From Planctomycetota bacterium (GTDB lineage Bacteria > Planctomycetota > Planctomycetia > Pirellulales > UBA1268): a DNA stretch of 64,000 nt. A program made the position numbers and the translations under genes. How positions within the stretch are numbered: position 1 is the first letter of the stretch; the number at the start of each line of letters is the position of its first letter. The notes under the pieces are model-generated. The model did not search any database and was not told the DNA's origin. It saw only the letters and a program-made list of their open reading frames with translations. Shown in pieces: positions 44,835-53,556 of this stretch. The stretch spans positions 266,502 through 330,501 of the forward strand of contig QWOQ01000005.1 in assembly GCA_003669585.1 (NCBI GenBank). Reading direction: 5' to 3'.

Positions 44835-46514
44835 ATGAGTCCATTGTGGATACTTCTGATTGCTCTATGTATCGTCATCGGCGGCGTGCTTGTGCTTCGC
44901 CTGCATGCCTTTCTAACACTTCTTTTTGCAGCATTCATTGTTGCCGCGCTCACTTCGTCTGCAACCATGTATCGGTACGAAATACGTAACAGAAGCTCGC
45001 AAATCGTTTCCATCAATCCGGACTGTTCCTCTGTCACCGTCAGCGATCCGAAACGGCGACTCGAGGTTGGAACCATCTACGATGTTTACACACTTACAGG
45101 GAGTGACAGTCCGTTCAAAAGTGCCGAGGTTACCGTTGTCTCCCTTGGAACCGATGAACGACCAGTTGCAACAGCGACCATACTACAAAACAAATCCGAA
45201 TTATCTCCCTCAATCGGTGATTCGGTGATAACCACAGGAGCGGCCATTGCGGCCAAGTCTGCTTCACAAGAAACCATAGGAAAGCGTGTCGCAGAAGGAT
45301 TTGGTCGCACAGCACTCGACATCGGCATACTGATTGCAATGGCATCAATTCTGGGAAGCTGTCTGATGGCTGCAAGAGGCGCTGAGCGAATTGTCTTTTC
45401 GCTCCAACAGGCAATCGGTCAGCAGCGCACGCCGCTCGTTTTTCTCTTGAGCGGATTTGTGCTTGGTATTCCGATGTTTGCCGAGGCTGTTTTCTATCTG
45501 TTACTACCGCTGGCCAAGGCGATGTGGATGAAGTCGAGACGCCACTACCTGCTTCTTGTGCTCTCGATTGTCGCTGGGGCAACAATGACACATTCGTTGG
45601 TGCCTCCAACCCCAGGGCCTTTGTTTGTTGCCGATGCTATGGGCATTGGACTTGCGCTGATGATGAGGCAAGGACTAATCGTGGGACTTGTTGCAGCTCT
45701 TTCTGGTTATGCCTACGCCCTGTGGGCCGATGCACGGTGGAGTATTCCGCTGCGACTGTCGGCTGGAATTTCATCCGATTCACTCTCTCACAATATTTCG
45801 ATGGCTGAACATGAAATAAAAGACAAACTCCCCTCGCTCTTTTTTTCTCTTCTTCCAATCCTTCTTCCGGTTGTTCTAATCAGCACTGATTCGCTTATTG
45901 ATTCATTCTCATGGGATCTTCCGCCGTGGTTTGTTGCAGCAGTTCATGCAGTGGGCGATAAGAATATTGCATTGACACTTTCCGCCGTATGTGCGATTGG
46001 GCTTCTTGTTTTTCAGTCTTCAGGAAATCAGCGTGGCACCCAAGTTCGAAAGTCGATTCATGATGCTGTTATCGAGGCAGGAGAGATCATTCTGGTGATT
46101 GCGGCAGGGGGCGCGCTAGGCTCTACGCTCCGTCAGGCAGGCATGTCGGAGCTTGCCTCAGCGTTTGTGCCGGAGGCAACATTACTGTTTCTGCCAATGG
46201 CATGGGGTATTACGGCAATCGTACGCATTGCACAAGGCTCAGCCACTGTGGCAATGATCACGGCAGTCGGAATCATTGCACCAATCGCACTCGCAGAAGA
46301 TCTTTCATACCACCCGGTCTATGTGGCGATCGCCATCGGTTGTGGTTCAAAAGTTGGCATGTGGATGAACGACAGTGGTTTTTGGGTAATTTCAAAGCTC
46401 AGCGGAATGAATGAAATGGAAACCCTCCGTACCGCAAGTGTAATGGTGTTCATCGAAGGCTGCGTGGGACTCGTCGTCACACTACTTTTGGCAACACTCT
46501 GGCCAATGCTGTAG
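44835..46514 (+). CDS. GntP family (gluconate:H+ symporter-like) permease with an insertion of about 100 aa after TM2
   Basis: ATG at 44835 (the TTG at 44829 is alternative). The GntP-like segment VAEGFGRTALDIGILIAMASILGSCLMAARGAERIV and many TM helices are present. An extra soluble segment spans about aa 41-145. Confidence 0.8.
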   Translation: MSPLWILLIALCIVIGGVLVLRLHAFLTLLFAAFIVAALTSSATMYRYEIRNRSSQIVSINPDCSSVTVSDPKRRLEVGTIYDVYTLTGSDSPFKSAEVTVVSLGTDERPVATATILQNKSELSPSIGDSVITTGAAIAAKSASQETIGKRVAEGFGRTALDIGILIAMASILGSCLMAARGAERIVFSLQQAIGQQRTPLVFLLSGFVLGIPMFAEAVFYLLLPLAKAMWMKSRRHYLLLVLSIVAGATMTHSLVPPTPGPLFVADAMGIGLALMMRQGLIVGLVAALSGYAYALWADARWSIPLRLSAGISSDSLSHNISMAEHEIKDKLPSLFFSLLPILLPVVLISTDSLIDSFSWDLPPWFVAAVHAVGDKNIALTLSAVCAIGLLVFQSSGNQRGTQVRKSIHDAVIEAGEIILVIAAGGALGSTLRQAGMSELASAFVPEATLLFLPMAWGITAIVRIAQGSATVAMITAVGIIAPIALAEDLSYHPVYVAIAIGCGSKVGMWMNDSGFWVISKLSGMNEMETLRTASVMVFIEGCVGLVVTLLLATLWPML

Positions 46515-46624
46515 AGAATTCCACAGAGAGTCCACAATTCTCGTTTGGATCACACTTGTAAATTATCTGCTTTTGTTCGCCTGCTCAATCATTGCCCCAG
46601 CCATTGTCCAAAGGATTTCTGCCG

Positions 46625-47776
46625 ATGGTATGCCTATGGATCGCTTTCCACTGCAGCTCACGGATTCATATCTTTTTAATGATCGTATTAACAACTCTTA
46701 CAGCGTGTCTTTCACATCAGGTTTCCATCTATTCCGAAGAGAACATGCAGCTTCGTTCAACGCTCCACTCGCACGTGATGAGCTTTACCGATGACGCTGG
46801 CAAAGACCACCCCGTCGCATCGAATGAAGAATGGAGTCTTCGTCGAAAGGATATTCTCGTCGGCTTCCAGGCGTGCACCGGATTGCTTCCCGATCGCACT
46901 GGTCTGGGAGCCGTTCGGTACACCGTTGACGAAGAAATGCGTCGCGATACTCCAGACGTTCAATGCATGAAACTCATGATTGACAGCGATGAAGGAGATT
47001 TCATTCCCGCTTGGCTTCTAATTCATAAAAACATACGCCATGCGAACAAACGAGCACCTGCAATTCTTGCACTGCATCAAACCAATGGCACTCTTGGCAA
47101 GGATGAAGTGGCAGGGTTAGGCGGTCTTCCAAACCTACACTATGGCCTAGAACTCGCTCATCGCGGCTACATCGTGCTGGCCCCAGATTATCCTTCGCTT
47201 GGAGAATACAGACATGATTTTTCAACTGACAGGCATGCTTCTGGATCGATGAAGGGAATCTGGAACCACATGCGATGCGTCGATCTTCTTCGCGAGCATG
47301 TCAACGTGGATCCTGATTGCATTGCTGCAATTGGTCATTCACTCGGAGGCCACAACGCGATTTTTGTTGGCGTATTTGACGAGCGAATCAAAGCTGTTGT
47401 CACAAGTTGTGGATGGACGCCAATGCACGATTACTACAACGGAAAACTCGATGGATGGGCAGGGGAACGATACCTACCTCGATTGAAGGAACTCTACTGC
47501 CTCGATGCCGATCAATTACCGTTTGACTTTTACGAATTAGTTGCGTCGATTGCTCCTCGCGGCTTTTTTTCCTGCTCCCCAATTGGCGACAACAACTTTT
47601 CTGTTGCTGGAGTCCGTAAGGCTATCCCCGTGGCAGGAGAGGTCTACAAACTTTTTAATCAACCAAATCGACTTCAGGTTCGTTATCCAGACTGCGGACA
47701 CGATTTTCCACAATCGATTCGCGAAGAGTCGTACCAGTTTCTTGATTCTGTTCTCAAAATATCGGGATCCCCATGA
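46625..47776 (+). CDS. Alpha/beta hydrolase (dienelactone-hydrolase-like), possible lipoprotein
   Basis: Nucleophile elbow: GHSLGGHNA. The start is uncertain: TTG 46592, or ATG 46625, 46679 or 46745. The 46625 start gives a leader ending in a lipobox-like LTAC. Confidence 0.72.
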   Translation: MVCLWIAFHCSSRIHIFLMIVLTTLTACLSHQVSIYSEENMQLRSTLHSHVMSFTDDAGKDHPVASNEEWSLRRKDILVGFQACTGLLPDRTGLGAVRYTVDEEMRRDTPDVQCMKLMIDSDEGDFIPAWLLIHKNIRHANKRAPAILALHQTNGTLGKDEVAGLGGLPNLHYGLELAHRGYIVLAPDYPSLGEYRHDFSTDRHASGSMKGIWNHMRCVDLLREHVNVDPDCIAAIGHSLGGHNAIFVGVFDERIKAVVTSCGWTPMHDYYNGKLDGWAGERYLPRLKELYCLDADQLPFDFYELVASIAPRGFFSCSPIGDNNFSVAGVRKAIPVAGEVYKLFNQPNRLQVRYPDCGHDFPQSIREESYQFLDSVLKISGSP

Positions 47777-47853
47777 GTACGATGACCACGGAGAAGACAC
47801 GCTCACGCTCTGACTCTCTCGACAGTCATGAAGAGCGAATGACGCTCCCGCGC

Positions 47854-48426
47854 TTACTCATTGCGGACGAAGAGTCCGTCAGCCTGAAGACTTAAAAGAG
47901 GTGTGCCGACGCTTATTTCACTTGTGGCACGTCCTTTTATGACCACAACTTGCCCTTTTTTGATTCCAAAAATTCTGCGGGCATCAAATGGCAGCGTGCC
48001 TCCATTCTCGTCAACAAATCGTACTGAAGCCAAAGGACTTTTGGCCATGCGCCGTTTGCAAAATGGACAACTCTCAGCATCGTGATCGGCTCCACCATGA
48101 TCGCTCACTGGAATTTCTGAGAGGATAAACGAAGCCTGACCCTTCTCGAATGGATCGAGTTCTTTCGCAAAAATCCTGCCAACGACAACAATCGCACCAC
48201 CGGAAGGATCTGCCGTACTGAGACTTTCTAGAGCCTCTTGGATCGACTGCGCGGACACTGGTTCTCCTGGAAGAAGAAACTTTTCTCGCAGTTGTTCTAC
48301 GGCGTGATCCTGATTCGAGCCACAGCCATACATGGTGCTCATGAGAAGCACGAGCACAACTGCGAAAAATGCCCCAAGGGGCGCATCACATTCGCAATCA
48401 CCTCTCGCCAGGCGGCTCATGCTCAC
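47854..48426 (-). CDS. Hypothetical lipoprotein with a DHGGADHDAESCPFC motif
   Basis: Lipobox: LLMSTMYGC. The GTG at 48426 overlaps the upstream stop. The ATG at 48420 is alternative. I recognise no family. Confidence 0.6.
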   Translation of the reverse strand: MSMSRLARGDCECDAPLGAFFAVVLVLLMSTMYGCGSNQDHAVEQLREKFLLPGEPVSAQSIQEALESLSTADPSGGAIVVVGRIFAKELDPFEKGQASFILSEIPVSDHGGADHDAESCPFCKRRMAKSPLASVRFVDENGGTLPFDARRIFGIKKGQVVVIKGRATSEISVGTPLLSLQADGLFVRNE

Positions 48427-48974
48427 TCCTGTGCCGATTTCTCTGCTGGCTCTGGAGCATCGTCAGATTTTTCAGAAGTCTTGATGTCAAGACTGCCCTT
48501 CTTCATAAGCACTGTCATGGCCGCATCAATCCGAGCTGAAACCTCGTCGTATGTTTTCCCCTCACCACCATGAAGAGCCGCATCGATCTGTTCAAAACAG
48601 TCCATTAATTCTTCGGACGCTTTGTCAATCGAATCTCTTGATGTTTCATCAAGATTGTCCTTTGCGGCCAAGTCTTTGAGATCTCCCATAAGATGACCTA
48701 TTGCGTGAACTGGCCCGTCCGCTTTTTCTTTGTCTCCATCTGCTAGATGCGTCTTAACCTGCATGCGGAGTTTTTCCAATTCGCTAACAGCGGCATCGTA
48801 GGTTGTCGGATGTTCGTGAGCATGATCATCGTGATCTGCATGCCCCTTCTCAACGACAGTATTTTGTTTTGGAGCAGGAGTCGGCGAGCACCCAACCAAA
48901 AGAAATCCTGCGAGCACACACAGACCGCACAATTGTAAGAAGTTCATTGATTTGAGAAGACGATGCGGACTCAT
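48423..48974 (-). CDS. Hypothetical helical lipoprotein with a His-rich N-terminal segment
   Basis: The ATG at 48974 has AGGAG 6 nt upstream. Leader with lipobox: MSPHRLLKSMNFLQLCGLCVLAGFLLVGC. The mature N-terminus contains GHADHDDHAHEHP. Confidence 0.6.
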   Translation of the reverse strand: MSPHRLLKSMNFLQLCGLCVLAGFLLVGCSPTPAPKQNTVVEKGHADHDDHAHEHPTTYDAAVSELEKLRMQVKTHLADGDKEKADGPVHAIGHLMGDLKDLAAKDNLDETSRDSIDKASEELMDCFEQIDAALHGGEGKTYDEVSARIDAAMTVLMKKGSLDIKTSEKSDDAPEPAEKSAQE

Positions 48975-49128
48975 GAAAAACTCCTGATAACACAAAAAAT
49001 GGAAGAATCCTTTCAGGGTGCCAACAACGGTGATTGCCAACCCGAAAGAAAACTATACCGCATATGCACTAACATTGCATCAGCCACAACACAAACTTCT
49101 CACCGCCAAATGCCGCGACAGTTATTTC

Positions 49129-50028
49129 CTATTTATTGTGAGTGAGATCTTTTTTTAATGAGGCATCAAAATACTCAAACAGAGCTTTTTCTGCCATTTC
49201 AGCGTCGGCGCCCTTGAATCCGTGACCGGCTCCCTCGAGTGTCAGAAGCTCAGCATCAACCGCCGCCGCTTGCAGCTTATCAACGAGCCACACGGCCTGT
49301 TCGTGAGCCACATAGGTATCGAGCGTGCCGTGAATACAGAGCGTCGGAGAAGCGTTCGGCGTAACCCAAAAAAGTGGACTCCCTTGAATGTGAAGATCTC
49401 GTTTTGTTTCGAGATTGCCTCCAAACCACAGCGGAAGTACTTCGTGAGCGTCAACACTATGCCCGTAGGATTTCGTAAAATCACTCGGTCCATACACGTT
49501 TACAACACACGATACCGAACTTGATTGATTTTGATTTCCACCTGTTCCTTCAAATTGCGGGACGTTGGCGGTGACTGCAAGAAACTGTGCCAAATGTCCG
49601 CCGGCAGAACTCCCCGTTGTACCGATGCGCGTTGGATCGATTTTGTAGGTTGCGGCATTGGCCCGCAGCCACCGCACGGCGGCTTTCGTGTCGTGCACGG
49701 CGGCCGGAAATTGATGTTTGGGAGCCAGGCGATACGTCATCGTTGCGGCAACGTATCCACGCTCGGCGAGTTTGATACAGAGAGGATCGTAGCTTTCCCG
49801 TTTTCCTGCACGAAAACCTCCACCATGAATACACAAAACCGCAGGAAAAGGACCGTCGCCCTGCTTAGGTCGAGCAATGTTGATCTGCAACGATTCATCG
49901 GTTGGACGTGAATACTCAATCGCTTCCTGCCAAAGAACCGTCGGCGGAACATCTGGTGCCCCGTAGACAGGCATCCTCGCCAACAGAAAAACAACTCCTA
50001 ACAAAACTGTCCGAAATATGAGGCACAT
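49129..50028 (-). CDS. Alpha/beta hydrolase-fold esterase/lipase (HGGG type), exported
   Basis: Oxyanion motif IHGGGF and nucleophile elbow GSSAGGH are present. The ATG at 50028 has GGAG upstream and gives a signal peptide MCLIFRTVLLGVVFLLARMPVYGA. The ATG at 50052 is alternative. Confidence 0.85.
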   Translation of the reverse strand: MCLIFRTVLLGVVFLLARMPVYGAPDVPPTVLWQEAIEYSRPTDESLQINIARPKQGDGPFPAVLCIHGGGFRAGKRESYDPLCIKLAERGYVAATMTYRLAPKHQFPAAVHDTKAAVRWLRANAATYKIDPTRIGTTGSSAGGHLAQFLAVTANVPQFEGTGGNQNQSSSVSCVVNVYGPSDFTKSYGHSVDAHEVLPLWFGGNLETKRDLHIQGSPLFWVTPNASPTLCIHGTLDTYVAHEQAVWLVDKLQAAAVDAELLTLEGAGHGFKGADAEMAEKALFEYFDASLKKDLTHNK

Positions 50029-50122
50029 AAAAACTCCATTGTGAAAATTCATTTTTTATCAGAGTCACAATCCAGATACTTTTTTTGAATCGGGCAGATG
50101 ATTCTTCACCACTCCTGCTCAA

Positions 50123-51202
50123 TTACTTCAATCGCCATAAATCAATCGGTTTTGCGACTTTTGGTTGACAGGGAAGCAGCACTTTAGAACCGGTACCGGC
50201 AGATTGATACGCCGCGTAGATCATCTCAAGAACCACTCGTCCATCCTCTCCAGTAACAAGCGGTGGCGTGTCTTCGCGAACGCACTCCACAAAGTGAGCA
50301 AGTTCCTGTGGATAGCCCTGATTAAAAGCTTCTTCGAACATCGTGAACGTCCAACCTTGGGTACTCCCAGCTTTTTCCATCGCGTACCCGTAGCCTTTCT
50401 GGCTGTATGTAAGTGCCGCATTTCCTCGAAAAAGATCGGCGTAGCATACTCCTTCTGTGCCGTAGACTTCGGCGTTGTCTTCCATGCCGCCGAGTTTCGC
50501 CCAGCTATTTTCGGCAACGCCGATGGCGCCCCCTTCAAACTCAACAATCACAACGGAATTATCTTCGCCGCGAGTTCGGCCGCCGTGCAGCACTGTCGAC
50601 AAGTGAGCCTGCACGCTCACCGGCTTGGCGTTTCCCAGCATCCAGCGAAACCACGCCAGCGCATGGCACCCCATATCCATTAACACGCCTCCACCGGAGC
50701 GATCGACATCGTAGAACCAATCACTATGCGGCCCCGAGTGCTTCTCTGCCTGCTTCAGCATGTAGATCCGACCAAATGCCTTCTCGTCGGCAAGTTTTCG
50801 AACCCGTTCGTACTTTGGTGCAAAGCATAGTTCTTCGGCATACATCAGTTTTCGACCATGTTCTTTGCAGACGGCAATCATCTCGTCGGCTTCTTCAAGC
50901 GTGATCGCAAGCGGTTTTTCAACGATCACATGTTTTCCAGCTCTTGCAGCCTCGATCACTACCGGAGCATGTCGAAAGTTCGGCAGGCACACATCCACAA
51001 TTGCGCAGGCAGATTCGTTTATTGCCCTGGTAATGTCGTCGTACCACGCCGGTACATTATGTTTCTCTGCAAAAACCTTCGCCCGCTCGGCGGAATGGGA
51101 ATAGACGGCTACAACTTCTGCGTTCGGCACAAACCGCCGATAGCTTTCGAGATGAATCTCGGAGATAAAGCCTGCCCCCAGAAGGGCAACTCGAGTTTTC
51201 AT
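50123..51202 (-). CDS. Gfo/Idh/MocA family oxidoreductase (cytoplasmic)
   Basis: Rossmann N-terminus MKTRVALLGAGFISEIH and motif VIVEKPLA are present. AAGGAG lies upstream of the ATG. Confidence 0.9.
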   Translation of the reverse strand: MKTRVALLGAGFISEIHLESYRRFVPNAEVVAVYSHSAERAKVFAEKHNVPAWYDDITRAINESACAIVDVCLPNFRHAPVVIEAARAGKHVIVEKPLAITLEEADEMIAVCKEHGRKLMYAEELCFAPKYERVRKLADEKAFGRIYMLKQAEKHSGPHSDWFYDVDRSGGGVLMDMGCHALAWFRWMLGNAKPVSVQAHLSTVLHGGRTRGEDNSVVIVEFEGGAIGVAENSWAKLGGMEDNAEVYGTEGVCYADLFRGNAALTYSQKGYGYAMEKAGSTQGWTFTMFEEAFNQGYPQELAHFVECVREDTPPLVTGEDGRVVLEMIYAAYQSAGTGSKVLLPCQPKVAKPIDLWRLK

Positions 51203-51317
51203 AGGGGCTCCTTGAAATATGAATATCTGTTTTGGAACAGTTTTGGAAAACGTAATTCTTTATGCAGAACAGCACGGATGCCCTTAGGATCGCGCGAAGC
51301 GTCAGAGAAAAAGTCAA

Positions 51318-52655
51318 TCAGGCGCCTGTTTCAAATCCCGTTCGCTGCACGCGCGAGAGCATTGCGGTTGCCTCGGCGTCACCAGGAAAAGTTTCTGCTA
51401 TCGGATCCCACGAAATTGCACGTCCCAAACGCAGCGCAAGAGTACCTAAGTGACAGGTACTTGCACTGCGATGTTGGCTCTCACAATCGGAAATCGGCGT
51501 GCGACCGTTCGCAAGACAGTCAAAAAAGTTTCCCATGTGATTCTTGATCGAGTCAAGTTTTCCCGCGCGTTGCGGGCGAGAACGATTGTCAAAATCGTAA
51601 AGCGTATAGGAGTCAGTCGGTAAAGGAATTTCGGAGAGTTCCTCAACTGCTTTTCCGGTGAGCACCTCGCGGTTGACGAAAATGCGCCCCGTTGAACCGG
51701 TAAACATAATCCCGCTACGGCCCGTGTCACTCACGGTCATAAGAACACCGTTTGCATAACGGTAACGAACGGAGAAATCGACTGGAACGTTATACCCATT
51801 CGGTGTCGAGGGGTACGCTGCTGTACCCTCCACAGAAATAGGATTGGAATGAATTGCCCACTGTGCGATGTCAATATTGTGAGCTCCCCAGTCGGTTAAC
51901 TGACCGCCGGAATATTCTTGCCACCAGCGAAACGTGTAGTGACTACGCTCTGGGATATAGGGAACACTTGGCGTCTGTCCTTGCCAGAGATCCCAGTTGA
52001 GTTGACTCGGGATCGGGACGGATGCAAAAGGGCCCCCAACAACATTTTTCCCAAGTACCACATCAACCTTTTCAAGCGTCCCAATACGTCCCTGACGAAC
52101 CATTTCAACTGCCAATCGAAATCGGTGATCACTTCGCTGCCACGAACCAACTTGTACGACCCTTCCAGATTGCTTTACGGCACGGAGAATCTGCTTTCCC
52201 TCGTCGATCGTCAGCGTCAGCGGCTTCTCACAGTAGACATGTTTCCCCGCACCAAGGGCATCGATCAGCATTTTGGTGTGCCAATGATCTGGCGTGGCAA
52301 TCAGGACAATCTCAACTTTTTTGTTATCGAGAAGTTTTCGATAATCCTCATAAATTTCTGGCGTGCTACCGAAGCTTGCGCGAGCCTGTTCTCGTACATG
52401 CCGATCGACATCGGCAATCGCCACAATATCACCATACTCCCGAGCCTTGTCGGCAATAACGCTCCCTTGATAGCGAACTCCAATCGCACCAATCCCCGGA
52501 CGGCTATTCTTGTCGGTCGCCGCAGAGCCGATTTCAGCGGCTCGAAATCGATCGCGTGGATCACCCGCACGAACAATCGCCGCACATCCCGCCGCGATTC
52601 CACAGCTGTGGAAGAACGACCTTCGATTGATGGATCGTGTTTTTTGAATCGGCAT
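51318..52655 (-). CDS. Gfo/Idh/MocA family oxidoreductase with a Tat signal
   Basis: The ATG at 52655 gives MPIQKTRSINRRSFFHSCGIAAGCAA. The TTG at 52676 is less likely. Motif VYCEKPLT is present. Confidence 0.88.
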   Translation of the reverse strand: MPIQKTRSINRRSFFHSCGIAAGCAAIVRAGDPRDRFRAAEIGSAATDKNSRPGIGAIGVRYQGSVIADKAREYGDIVAIADVDRHVREQARASFGSTPEIYEDYRKLLDNKKVEIVLIATPDHWHTKMLIDALGAGKHVYCEKPLTLTIDEGKQILRAVKQSGRVVQVGSWQRSDHRFRLAVEMVRQGRIGTLEKVDVVLGKNVVGGPFASVPIPSQLNWDLWQGQTPSVPYIPERSHYTFRWWQEYSGGQLTDWGAHNIDIAQWAIHSNPISVEGTAAYPSTPNGYNVPVDFSVRYRYANGVLMTVSDTGRSGIMFTGSTGRIFVNREVLTGKAVEELSEIPLPTDSYTLYDFDNRSRPQRAGKLDSIKNHMGNFFDCLANGRTPISDCESQHRSASTCHLGTLALRLGRAISWDPIAETFPGDAEATAMLSRVQRTGFETGA

Positions 52656-52763
52656 TGTTCTTTTCAAAACTACCAAGACGCGTTCGAAACGGCCTACCGC
52701 TCATTCACATCATAAATTCTTTTTGAATTTTTATTCGCGCTCCACAATAGTGCCACTGAGGGT

Positions 52764-53372
52764 TCATTCCCCGTGACAACGTTTCGTGCGAGCCTCCTCA
52801 AGAAGCCTGATCCATGGGCCGACATAATGGCCGTGATCGTGAAACGTGCGGCCGCTAACAAGTGTACCGTCGATGACACAGGGAGCATCGACAAATATTC
52901 CACCAGCAACCTCAAGATCAAACCGACACTTGGCTACTGTCGCCATGCGTCGTCCTTTGACGCATCCGGCATACGCTGGAATTTCAACACCGTGACAGAC
53001 ACTTGCCACCGGCTTGTGAGCGTCAAAAAAATGTCGCGTAATACGCACAAGATCCTTGTCGTAGCGGATGTATTCCGGGGCTCGCCCACCCGAGAAAAAA
53101 ATACCGCAATAGTTTTCCGGATTGACATCACAAAAAGCCAATTCAGCTGCAAGTTGATACCCCTCCCATTCTCGCGTGATCGTCCAACCGGGCCGCACCT
53201 CGTGAAGCACCATTTGAAAAACGCGCCGTTCGGGACCGATAACCACTGGTTTAAATCCCGATTCCTGAAGCCGGTAATACGGATAGAGGGTATCGACGGT
53301 TTCGGTCGCATCTCCAATCACGATCAGCACTTCTTGAGGCGTCAATATTGAATCGCTCAATGGATCAGGCAT
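52764..53372 (-). CDS. DJ-1/PfpI family protein
   Basis: Motifs VLIVIGDATE, FFSGGRAPE and the nucleophile elbow ASVCHG are present. Confidence 0.85.
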   Translation of the reverse strand: MPDPLSDSILTPQEVLIVIGDATETVDTLYPYYRLQESGFKPVVIGPERRVFQMVLHEVRPGWTITREWEGYQLAAELAFCDVNPENYCGIFFSGGRAPEYIRYDKDLVRITRHFFDAHKPVASVCHGVEIPAYAGCVKGRRMATVAKCRFDLEVAGGIFVDAPCVIDGTLVSGRTFHDHGHYVGPWIRLLEEARTKRCHGE

Positions 53373-53556
53373 ACAAATTCATTCTCATAATAAAGGAATC
53401 GAGATTCAGGGTCTTCTTCACGGTAATGCATAAAAAAAGAAAAATGGGAATTAATAACGCCGGCACTGAATCAAACAATTTTTCATTTCGTCTTCGATAC
53501 CGGACATGAAAAGTGTTCTCGTTTAGAATTCGCTGGGAACAGATCATTTCAATACT

